From Paragordius varius (taxonomy: Eukaryota; Animalia; Nematomorpha), in contig OZ176051.1 of assembly GCA_964247055.1 (NCBI GenBank), forward strand, positions 9,300,001 through 9,364,000: DNA of 64,000 bases, given 5' to 3'. Below are positions 1 through 12,400 of the stretch, piece after piece; positions within the stretch are counted from its first letter, which is position 1, and every line of letters begins with the position of its first letter. Made by a program: the position numbers and the translations under genes. Below the pieces are notes generated by a model, which saw only the letters and a list, made by a program, of their open reading frames with translations, did no database searches and was not told where the DNA came from.

Positions 1-748
1 AAACTAGGCTTAATAAATCGTCAAAATATCCTGTACTATATAAAAATTTATACAAACTGTAAAGATATTTGGAAGACTGGACGGTGCAATTTAATTAAAT
101 TGATCATTTTCATTGGATAACATTCAAACCAGAATTTAATTGGTGCGATGTTCAAAAATCATTTGATTACAACTGCATCTCCCAAAAATTCCCTAAAATC
201 AATCTTTCAGAAAATGATCTTTTTTCTGAAGAATCATTAGTTAAAAAATATATAAATAAAAAACTTAAATTATGGACTAAGAAAAAATACAGTAGAAAAA
301 TAATGGTTAGAAATATTTCATCATTTTGAAACAAACTATGTTCCATTAATATTATAAAAATGGTGGAATTGCACAATCTTTACCTGGAACCAACGCTGCT
401 ACTGAGCGCTTTTTTTTCCACAGTAAATCAGGTGTGGACATCGGTAAAATCAAATTTAAATGTGGAAACTTTAAAGGCCATTTTATGTGTCAAATATAAT
501 TTGACAAATTCTTGTGAAGACTTCTACAATATTTTAAAAAATGATGACAATCTGCTAAAACGCATTCACTCAAATAAAAAATATACCAAAGAATATGTTT
601 TTTTATATTTATAATGTATTTGTGTTAAAAATAAATAAGTATTAAAATAAATTTTTGTATAAAATTTTTTGGTGGTAACCCTTCCCCCCCATGCCCCCCC
701 TTTTTCAGATTTGTCCCGCTTTTTTCTTCAAAAAATCTGGTCACCCTA
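1..748 (+). mobile_element. 3' end of a decayed hAT (Blackjack-like) DNA transposon: transposase C-terminus plus right TIR
   Basis: Frameshifted translation gives LPGTNAATERFFSTVNQVWTSVKSNLNVETLKAILCVKYNL, resembling the hAT C-terminal dimerisation domain. The element ends in AAATCTGGTCACCCTA (733-748), the reverse complement of the TAGGGTGACCAGATTT hAT TIR. Confidence 0.85.
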
Positions 749-1540
749 GTTATGTGGCAAGTAATGTTAAGAATAAATTTTTTTTCCATTTTATTTAATT
801 ACTATTATATTGACATAGAGTACTATTTTAATTATATTTTCAAGCGTAGTGCTCGCCTATAATATATTTTAAAAACGGCTCCCCTCCAAAAAAGGTTGAT
901 CCCTGTAAGGTAAATAAAATCTTGGCGAGAAAAAATCAAAGGTATAAAGTGCAATGTGAATTGAGGCGTAATATTTAATCAAAAGCCAAATCCCGTACTT
1001 ATCTTATAATTATAATAAAATATGAGATGTGTTTTTATTAAATTTATATTAAAGTTTTAACACCTCGTATACTTGATTAGCTACTAAGCTTGGCAAAGAA
1101 GGTAAATAACCATTAAAATATCTGGTACACAAAAATTGACATAACTCCAAATCTATTTGTGTATATTTTGGAGAAACTAATAATAGTAGTTTGTTGTCAG
1201 ATTCATCACATCTCAAATCGAGAGACCAACTCATGTTGTATCCTCTAACTAATATTGTGTTATCGAACACAATACTATATTATTTTAAATATTCATATGC
1301 CCATTTTAATTCAACATTTAGGGTCGAAATCATTTTACTTTAAAATATATACATTTCATGGATAATGTTGTAAAACGGTGATAAATAAAACCTATTTTAT
1401 CAATATTTTCGACTCTATAATGTAAGGTGCGTACATTCATTTATTAATTTAGTATTATTTCAAATGTAATGAAAAAACTAGTGTGTTTGGGAAAAAAACT
1501 AAATATATATGATTATATAATTGATGCATATTCCAATTTT

Positions 1541-3473
1541 TTAATTTCGAATTCGATTGGACCATGCACCATATGCTCGAAGATAATCGTTATAGCTATT
1601 AAAATCATTGGGGTTCGGACGTCCAATATTTAGGTCTCCTTGTTGGCGATATGCCCAATCATTGTGAGCTCTAACGTAATCATTATGATTGGCGAAATCC
1701 CTAGGGTTCGGAGCACGAGCTGCAGCACCATTTCCACCACTTGATACTATTTATTTTTAGGTATATATGCAAAACTAAGAAGACAAACATTGAAAATAAA
1801 CGACTATAATATTTTTGTAAAAAATTATAGTTTTTTTATAATTAATATATATAAAAGCTTAATGCGTTCAAAAGAAAGTGACAAGTTTAAAAGTTTTATG
1901 CAAAATTAATAATCTTTTTAACAGATTATTTTTCACTCATTCATCTAATCGACTTGAAAAGGAATCTTCTTTTGTGGATTCAAAACTAGTACTTTTGTGA
2001 TTGTACCACTTTCAATATGCTATTTTAATGAATACTTATTTATTTAATAATCTTTGTTGCGTGTTAATAAAAATTTTTTTAGAAACTTAACCTCTAGGGG
2101 TCGTTGGTCGCCAATTATTATTATTATTATTGTTATTATTGTTGTTATTGTGATTGCCATTAGGGTTATAAGGTGGCCGAAAAGTTGTATTAGGACGTTG
2201 TTGGGTGTAGCGAGTAGGGGAACTGGTTGTCCTATTATTACTAATGGATCCGTTGCTTGCAGATGCTCCCTTTTTATGGAATGGCCAAGTTTGAGCCAGA
2301 CACATTGGATCACAAGATAGCTTGCAATCGTTAGCATTGTACTCACAATTTGCTTCACAATTCGTATATTTATTGGTACACGTTTCAATAATGTCTAACA
2401 TTTTAATAAAACAATCAATCACATGTAATATCGGATAATTTATTCATCAATATAAATAAACTCTTTTTACTTAAAGTAATTTGAAACAAACACAAATTTT
2501 TTTACCACAAGTGTCAAGTAGATTTGGATAATCGCTGGAGCACTGACCATCAGCGGGGCACACACACGTTTCGCCGCTGGATTTTTCGTAAGGGTATGCA
2601 ATTCCAAAATTTCCCCTTAAATTTTTAACAAATATTTGTTGTAAAAATGAATGAAATGTTTTAATATCAGGAGTATTATTTATTCTCGCCCTTCCTCGTA
2701 AGACTAAGAATGATTTTAAAAAGGAGAATAAATAATTCCTCCATTGCGACACATTTAATTAATTAGTACTTGGGATAATAGTTACAAGTGTATAGGGTAC
2801 GGTCTTGACATTTCTTGTATGCACATCCTATCAAGCGAGTTGAAGCCCAAATTATCTAATTAAATAATGTATATATATATATATATTATAAATTTAAATA
2901 ATATAAGAATATTTTATCATGATAATCTTAGTACCTGTGTATAATGGGTAACTCCTTGTTGATTATCTACTCCATATCTAAATATTACATTAATATATTC
3001 TACGTGTATATATCTTTTTCACTATTCCATTGGTTAAATGTTCCATTCCAATTCTCGGGATCTCCATTAAAAGCAAGGTTCTGACCACCTTCGTATTCTA
3101 AACATGATTTTTAGGTGTATATACATATATATTTTAGAAAATTGTATATAATACCTGATGTTTTGGGGTTGTCATGATCGTATCTACAGTTAGCCAAATT
3201 ACGCTCAGCCATTTGGGCTCCTTCATTATACCATTTCTAAATCCGGATATTGAAAAAAAATTATATATCTGTTTTAGACTATATATATATAGATATATTT
3301 ATATATATAATTTTAAGCTATTATTTCTGAATATATACGACTGATAAATATATTTTAAACCATTAATTAATTAATTACCAATTTCATCATCATTTTGGCC
3401 TTAAGGTTGTTACGTTCATCATTGTGCAGTTTCAAAATAAGTTGTTGCATAGCAGCATTCGGAATCTCCGCAT
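1541..3473 (-). CDS. CAP/SCP-domain (CRISP/antigen 5/VAL-like) protein with Cys-rich ShKT-like region, poly-Asn tract and duplicated C-terminal motif; 5' (signal peptide) exon unresolved
   Basis: Phase-consistent GT-AG exons: 3379-3473, 3155-3236, 3004-3097, 2935-2977, 2770-2855, 2506-2615, 2092-2394, 1541-1746. The protein contains LHNDER, KLKWYNEGAQMAERNLANCRYDHD, GGQNLA, WNSEK, THYTQIIWASTRLIGCAYKKC and CNYYPKGN (CAP motifs), then CTNKYTNCEANCEYNANDCKLSCDPMC. Stop TAA at 1541-1543. Confidence 0.9.
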
Positions 3474-3848
3474 CTTTAATAAATATTTAAACATTGATAT
3501 AAGATAATATATCATTTTATTATTAATTTTATGCATTAGGTTTTTTTAACCTATTTACAAATTAAAAATATGCCAAAAAAACACAAAAATTTTCTGTATA
3601 ATATATGCGTCAATCGATAGCTGATAGCTTAGGTGACAATAGATTTCTTTAGGACTAGAAAAAGATGTGAGTATGCTCCATATTATTTATTAAAGGCAAA
3701 CTTCTGAAAAAATGCGTTAAATTTTAACCAAAAAAAATTACCGGCAAACAATTATAATAATAACAAGGTCCCATATTCAGTTGTAAAATTGTTTTATTAG
3801 ATAAACAACATTTTTGATTTGCAACATAACGCAAGTAATTAACTACAA

Positions 3849-3893
<45 letters not shown>

Positions 3894-4652
3894 TGATCCT
3901 ACAAAATAATGTTGGATATATTTATTTTGTCAAGTTTTTGATTTTAAAATAAAATTAATATGCTATCAAACGCCAAAGTTTGTGATTTCGGCTTCGATTT
4001 AAATCACGGATAGAGTGATCGGAATCAATTTAAAAAATGCAAAATTGAATGGATCGTTTAATGGAGTACATAAAGATTTTTGGCAATTTAATTATTACAA
4101 AAAAAACTAACCATTAGAAATTTTGTCTCAAAATTATTTATACTCAACCTTTTTCCAATCAAACTCAACAGTTTTTTGGCGCTTTTTTTAACATGATTAA
4201 CTATTTTGAACATTAAGCGTATATTTTTTTATAACATAATTTTGTCAATTAAAATTATTGCTCTTTTTGAAGGTAAACAATATTTATGGATTTAAATAAA
4301 TTAATATCAGTAAAAAATACCAAGACTTATCATATGTTTTTTAACATTTAATTGGCCTTCAAAATATTGAATTTGATTCAATTTAAAAATAACTGTTGAT
4401 TTGGAATGAAAAAACTTATTTTGATTGGAAAAGTGTTGAAAAAGTATTGAGTTGTAGTGTTCATTATATTTTTGTAAAACTAAATGTCTAAAGTGCTCCA
4501 ATTTCTTTATATTTTATTGCTTGTGAAAATTAAAACAAAAAACCACGGAATAATACAATATAGATATTAAAATTTAAAACTACCGACTAAAGGGCAGAAT
4601 ACTAGGCATATTAGGATACCTAAGAATGGTAACGCAAATTTAGACATTTTAG

Positions 4653-5708
4653 AAATTAAAAGTTTTCCCAAAAATTATGGTAAGTGAAATTTTCTAGTAT
4701 ATAACTTATATATATATAGACTTTACCAAAAAATGCATAGTAAATAAATTAGTTTAATATTGCGTTGGTTGTTCAGTTGGAGCCCTATATTTTTTTAAAA
4801 AAAGAGGTAGGATGCTTTTAATCAATTTTTTTATTAAATTCAAAAAAAAACACAAAAATTTGATATAACCTATAAAACATATTTGTTTAGGAGGTATATA
4901 TTGATGATGTCATTGAAAAGATCAAATTACACTTTGGAAAAAACTGCCAATCGGAATGGAACGAGGTTATTTTATAAAACCATTCGTACATATAAATGGT
5001 TATGATGGCAATTTCATTACAACCATTTGAATAAATAAAACCAAACACGCAATCAAAGGTTATGAGCGCTCGAAACTACTACAGTTAAAATAGGTCTGTT
5101 AAAGTAGTTAAAAGTATATAAATAATATAATTAGATGATCAATACCGATAAATATCGAATTTTAGGCATAACTCTTGATTCTTATTGAACTTTTAATTAT
5201 AACGAATATTTCAGCAATTTTTGCCCAAATTTATATTTTAGGTATGGTTGATAAAATTCTTAACACCACTGTATAATATATATCAAATTTTTAATTGAAA
5301 TAATTCTAAATAAAAGCCCATAAAATCAATAGAAAACTGGAATGGGATATATGATTTATTAGAAACTCACAAGCATTTGTTTATCAAAAACTTCAATTTA
5401 TTCAAAATTGGTTATAAACCAACAATTTTTTTGAATAATATAGTCGTTGAGATTATTATCCAAAATTATTATAAATATTTAAGTCCTTCTGAGCTAAAGC
5501 AATTTGTATATAATAAGAAAAATATTGATAATTAACTAATTAAATTATCGTATTATAAAATTTAATTACACAATATCGTTCTCCTAAAAAGGTGCAGCAA
5601 AATGGGGACACGAGAAAAAACTTAAATCCAAATCCCATATTTCACTGCGCTAAAATGTTAGCCAAAATCGTTGAAGGCACAAAAAACCGTAATCGACTGA
5701 AAAAATAA
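4653..5708 (+). CDS. Putative small multi-exon gene of unknown function (5' end unresolved)
   Basis: Eight short GT-AG exons chain in phase without stops: 4653-4679, 4777-4806, 4891-4965, 5059-5083, 5215-5241, 5333-5410, 5444-5505, 5592-5708 (TAA). No family motif recognised, and exon choice in AT-rich DNA has some freedom. Confidence 0.4.
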
Positions 5709-6470
5709 TAAATATACGCTAAATCTAATAAACTTATGAAATGCGAATAAAATTATATTTTTTAACTATGCAGCAGCCAATATTTAATGCAGGGTATGCA
5801 CGTAATATCATTTTAACTTATAAAGTAATTCAATTATACTGACGGTCAGGAGCTTTTCCGATGTTTTAAAAAGTCCTAGTTTTTGAGCGAATCGTTTGAA
5901 GTTGAACATGTGCCTATCAACAAATAGTTGCAAATATATGTATTAAATTATTTTATATGTGTGTTCGGTAATTTTTAATTTATCCTTTAAAAGAGTCATT
6001 TGGCATATTTTGAGTCATATATTTTTTCCTTAATCGGAGTCATTATGCGCTCTCAAAAAATTAATTTGTTAAACTATATTTAAGATTATCAATATATATT
6101 AGCCAGATTCCCTTCCTCATGTATAGCCTATACATTTTTTGGACTATATTGCCTCCTAAAATGTTTTATTATTCAAAAATTAGTCCCAATTTGTATAGTA
6201 TAAAAAAACTCAACTCGTCACAATTCAGTTATACGCAGTTCTGGACCCATATAAAATATAATAAATAATAAAAACCCTTTAAAATTGAATATCTCTCAGA
6301 ATAGCTTTTATATTAAAAAAACCTATATAATATTCCTAAAAAAGATTGTCAAATTTATATTATTAAATAAAAGTGAAATAATTAGAGAATAAAAATTTAT
6401 TATTCATGATAAAACAATAAAATGATATTATTTATAAGATAAGAAAGGATCCACCAGGTATTATCACATA

Positions 6471-9400
6471 TTAATTTTCATCTAAAAATTTTTGAATATC
6501 CGGATATTTCTTTTCATCAAAATCTTGCTTACGATCATTAATTGCTTCCTTTATTTTTTCGGCCAAAATGGCTTTAAATGATGTAGTTAGTTCGGGGTCT
6601 TTCATCATATTTTCCAATATTGTCTGGATATGGAAAATTTATGGAACCCATAATACAGTAAAAACTGAAATTATACGGACAAAACGTAAAAATATAAAGA
6701 CAAATATTTTTTTCTAGAAGACATAACCTTACTTTTTAAATCTTGATTTTTTTCAAAAGAACTCATTGTTAATAGCAAACTGTGAAATAGATATATATAT
6801 ATATATATATATATATTATTACTAACACAATCAATTCTCGATTTTACAATTGCAAAACTAGCTAATATGAGAAAAATTAAGGTTCAAAAAAATTATGTTG
6901 TCTTTTGGATAAAAATATTGTCTTTATATTTTTACCTTTTGTCCGTATAATTTAAATTTTTACTGTATGTTAGAACATTAGATCCAACATAAAAGACTTA
7001 TCAGTTTTTGATTAATAAAATAAAAAATTAGGCATTAAACCTCAATATTGTCCATAGAAAATTCGATGCCCGAATCGGCAAGGGATCTTAACAATAACTC
7101 TCTTAAATATTCATCCAAATGCGGCGACGCTAAAAAAGTGTTTTGTTGCTCTTCCAAAACCTATAAAATACATAAAATATTTTTTAATAAAATTATTAAG
7201 TAAAAAAACTACAACCTTTCTCCGTTTAACTGACATGCCTGACATGTAAGCATCGCTATAAAAAAGAGGGGTTGACAAATTAGAGTTCGCAAAATTGTGT
7301 TGGTTATCATTTTGATTTTGACTCGTGCTTGGTAAGGAATCACGGAATTGTTCATTGATTGATTGTGATAATTGAGTATTTTGAGGGGTATTGGATTGAA
7401 ATGTTCTTATTTCATTTTTCATGATATCAATCCATTCTTGCTGTTATAAAAAAGATATAAAATAAAAGTATGGAGTCTATAGAATTAAAGTATAAAAAGG
7501 GAATTTTTGGCACACTAAAATGAATATAAATCATATATAGCCTCGAAATAAATAATAAAATAACTTTAAAATGACAGTTCCAAAAAGTCATAAATATAAG
7601 ATATTGGAGTAAAACAAGTCAATTCAAAGTTTTTAAGGTTTTATTTATATTAAACAGCTAAAGTAAAATAAAATAAGTGTGTAAACTTTATTTTGAAATA
7701 AAAAAACGTTGCCTCTAAATATCAAAAAAGGGTATTTCTTATACTAGAAATGTGTTAGTTGATGCAATATGTAAAAATAATACATCTGGTATTTGTGATT
7801 GCCAATCGCCCATATTGAATGTATCCAGACAAGTGCTATTATTTATAGGAAGATTTAAATTAGCCTTCATATTTACAGTGTTATCGTTTGCCGCCGTAGT
7901 AACTTCAGAGGAAGCATTCTTTTGTGCCTATCAATAAAACATACAGTATAGAGTCTCTTTTTTCCTTTTATTATTAAAGGGTAGGCACATAACTTGTTCC
8001 GGACTTGTGAAGGCTTTAACATTAGCCTGCCCAGTGCTGACAGTGATGATGGAAAAATTGTGTAGTTTTGGTGTTCGAATTCTAATAACACGCAGATTAA
8101 GAGTCGGGCGCCCTATTTACTATATTAACACGCCTACTATATAAATAATTATAAATGTCTGGCAATAAAATAAAACCTTTTTTCATAAAAAAAGAATGTT
8201 TTAGTAATAAGCGTATTAATTAAAATTAACAAAAAGGTAATAAATAACCCTTGGATGAGTTTTTGCTGCTGGCTCTTCGGGATATAAAGTTTCGGTTACT
8301 TCATCATATCTAATTTAGATGATCAGTAAAAATTGAAATTATAGGGACAAAACATTAATATAAAAAAGACATATATTATTTTTTCAAAATATCCATAATT
8401 TTTTAACTTAATTAATTTTAATACTCATAATTTTGATTTAAGGGGATACTTAATTATATAGCCTAAAAATTTAAGGTTAATGTATGAAAAATAAAGATTT
8501 TAAAGATGTATGGTTATTGTAATTAAATTATTTTTGGTTTTTAAGTTTTATCGTTAAAATTACGGTTAATAATAAATATTTTTACAATTGGACTTAAGAG
8601 GATACCGGTTACAAAACCGATACCATTAGCATTTTTGAAATCTCGATAACTATTTCAGTATTATTTAATATTAATAATTTATTGATATTATTGGTTTTCT
8701 ATCTTATAAAACATTATTATATATTGATTTTCCGAAAAAAGTGACACACATCAAAATTGTTTTGTGTTTGAATATTTTGATTTAAGTATAAATATTATAT
8801 ATAATTTGTAAAAATAAAATTGAAATTAACTAAAAAACAAAAAACTAAAACCGAATATAAATTTTTTAACCTGAATATTCTTGGTTTTCTATCTTTCAGC
8901 AATATAGTTATAACCGGTAAAAAAAGTTAAATTGTAAATACAGAAGAAGCAAAAACGGTAAAAATTAAATCCCCTTAGTAAAATTAAATAACATTATTTT
9001 TTTAATTAAAGAATGTGTTTACTCAAAGAAATAAGTTAGAAAGGAACGGTCCATATTCATAATAGTATTTAGATCTGGAGTAAAGTCCGCCAATTGTTGC
9101 ATAACAAAATCTATAAAGTATATCACGTATACATTAATAAAATATTTCGAGTCAACACGTATCGCTTTTTCAAAGATTTTTTTTTAAAAAATACCCCAGG
9201 TGCTTTGTTCAAAATCGACGACATTTTGATTGTTGGAAGAAACACTCAAATTAGCAGCATTATAGATTCTTCGATATATGATAGGTAGGTCCGTTTCAGG
9301 ATGTGTTAATACCGTCCGTAGGAGTTGGTATAAAATTCGTCCGGCCGTGCGAATTAAACCAATTGAATCAAATGTATCCACCCTTCGCTCATAACTTTGT

Positions 9401-12400
9401 TGCATCAATCGATGGGAACTAACATATTAAATATCCATAATTTAGTAATTATAAAAAAATCAAAAATATGATTTTTTCTATAAAAAAATATGTGCTTTAA
9501 ATTTTGTTATAATATTATTTGATTTGTGCCCTAATTATTTTATCAGGATATCTTAAAACCATTTTTAGGGTTCTAAATATCGGGCATAACCTATAATAAA
9601 ATAATTCAATACTTGTTTAAAACGTAATTTAAATCTTAATTATTTTATTATATACTCTCTTTCGTTGTCATTTATATTGATTGGTTTAATAACCAAAGCG
9701 ACAATCAAGGCCATCAAAAACGTTTGAATAACCTTCAAAACTGTTTTGGATAAATTGAGTCTGGGTTCGTTAGTAGTTATTCCCTTCTAAAGATAATGTG
9801 TAGTGAAAAACGCATAAACATATATATATTTCTATTAAATTAACTATGTTTATATATTTTAATATATTAATCAAAGGCTATATAGTAAAGTTTTGAATTA
9901 ATTAAAAAAACATATGTAAATAATTATTTAACCTTGTATAAAACGGTTTGATATGTAACACCTCACTCATATCAAAATCCTAAATATTTCGAAAAGATCA
10001 TCTAAAACAACAAATGTTAATTATAAGTAATATCGTACAAATATTTCATCAGACGTTGATCGTATCTCTTGACGAATTTTACCCAACAATTCACGTATTA
10101 AATCTTTGTTAAATTCTTGTTTTTCATTAACATTTTCGAATCCCATGTATTGTTCCAATTCACTAATGTCCGTAATGTAAGTTGGATTATAACTGTCATT
10201 TGCTGTTGTTGTAGATGGTGGTGGGGGTGTCGAAATAATACCAACCTCTTGGTAAAAAAATAGTCGAAGTAACCTGAATACACATTGATTATATAATAAA
10301 CATATAATGGATGTATAGTAAAATTATAATTAGATAAAAACATAAATGAGAGTTATCAAATTTTGTTGTATCCTTGATATTGCCTATACAACCCAAGTGA
10401 TTACAAATGCGATATAAATAAATGTGTTACTAAATTGAATATCTATTCTTTCGATAGCAGCAAAATAAAATGATAGGTTATATTGTAAAAAAATAGGGTC
10501 GAAAATGGTACTGCCTAAAAAAATTGTGTAATTTAATAATGTGTATTTGGCAAAGTTTTTCATAAATTAAAAAAAAATAACCGATTGACATGACGAATCC
10601 CTCGAGGACGTTTCCGGTAAGCCGATAAGAAAGTCTGCAAATCCGTGTGAGACAGAAAAAATTTTGTTAGGCGCGAAAGCGTCTCTAAAAATAGGTAATT
10701 AATATTCATTAAGAGCAAAATATTATTTTCTATGAATGATTATAATATTAAAATGGTAAAAATTCTGACAAATTTTACAAATTTATATATATATATATAT
10801 ATATATATGTTTAAGTCCTAATAGTCGCATAATAGTTAAAAGGTAACAAAAAGAGGAGACTTAAACAACATGGTTAAAAGAGTTTTTATGCAATCAATAT
10901 TTAGAAATTTGAATTCTCTCGCTTATATATAATTTTAAATTAAATTTTATTCATTCTCCAAAATTATTTCACTAATTTCGACGATATTAAACCTGTTTCC
11001 TCGCTCATGGTAGTTTCGGCAAAAGCACCATAATATGGTAAAAAAGTGGCGAGCAATAACATGAGAGGCATATTACTTAGACTGGGGATAGCTAATGATT
11101 CACTAAACATTTGTACCATATCCATATCATTTTGATCATTCTCAGTATCAGTGAATGGTATTTCCTCTTGTTGTTCTAATACGTGTGCAGCTCTGGTTAA
11201 GTCTGTTTCTCTAAAAAGTGTGACACAGTCAGTCAATATTAATTATACAGCAAAGAATTATAAAATTGTAAATATGGTAGCGATATTAATGATAGGTATA
11301 AGATTATTGATTTTATTGATTTTATATGTTAAAATTACCCCTGTTTTAGGCTCTTTGACGTTTATTAAAAGTGAAGTCTCAAAATTAATTATATAATTAT
11401 TATATATTTATTCTAAATAATTAAATAAAACAATGCGGTTAATAAATATTTGAAACGGTTTCCAAGAATCGTTATTAATGGTTCTGATTTCGAAAATATC
11501 AAATTTACTATTGTATTGACTAGATATTAAAAGGTTTTTGTATTTAACCGACCCTTACTTTACTCAATTAAGCCATATTAGTCATTTGCTAGCTTGGTAA
11601 TTACTAAAAATTTTATTTTTTTTTATTCCATTGAACGAGAATTTACTTTGTAAATAATACTAGGAAGATAATTTTTCCTTGGACCCATTATAAACTTGTT
11701 TACAAATTAGAGTATTAGTTAAAAATTCTAAAGGCAACAATAAATTATCAACATAGGTCTAAATATATTTTAGCGATATTCGGTCTTTTCCATTTTGGAA
11801 AAAAAAATAAGTAATAAACTGTTGAAATCCCTCAAAAGGGAAAATACTCATAACCAAACTATCATTACATTAAATATAGTTTTAAACACATCCAAATAAA
11901 ACGGACCCCCCCCCCCGGTTTCCAATGACCCAATAGTAAAAATAAATGCCTTTAATACATATAATAAATTTTTTGATTAACATCAAATTAATATTAAATT
12001 GTTAATAAAATGTCATAATTAATTATATTTTACAGATTGATTTATATTAAAGGCTCATTATAAGGGTTCCATAACACCATATCACGAACCAGTAAGATTG
12101 TGGGTTAATATTCTCAACTTAAAACGATTAAGAATTAAAAAAGGGTTTTTTTAAACCCGAATAAAGGCATGATAATCAGCATAAGATAATATATGCCGTT
12201 CACATAAAGCAATATGAGTAGTGTCCATAAATACTAAATCTGAATTTCAGTTTAAATTAATATATATGAGAGCATACCGAGTAGTATTAGTTGTAGGTGC
12301 CGCAGAAGTTAAATTGTTTGTTACTAAATTATCATTAATATTTGTCCTAATAGTTGAGGGTGTTGGTTGTGTAGTTAGTATTGTTGATGGGTTATTGGAA

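Noticed and set aside
2044-2388. Alternative-frame ORFs 2044-2388 (-) and 2054-2320 (+) with poly-Ile
   Set aside because: Shadow frames of the (AAT)n poly-Asn exon of the CAP gene.
7941-8134. Functional tRNA-Lys gene
   Set aside because: The acceptor stem is not formed, and the three copies share a long non-tRNA tail, which fits a SINE.
9933-9979. Possible extra BAG6 exon DFDMSEVLHIKPFYT
   Set aside because: It ends in phase 2 while the next exon starts in phase 0. It could be mutually exclusive with 9656-9786, but there is no support without RNA data.
11430-12240. Exon-like fragments in a BAG6 intron (for example FMDTTHIALCERH...)
   Set aside because: The phase is incompatible with the flanking BAG6 exons, which join directly in phase 2, and the fragments do not chain into a convincing gene.
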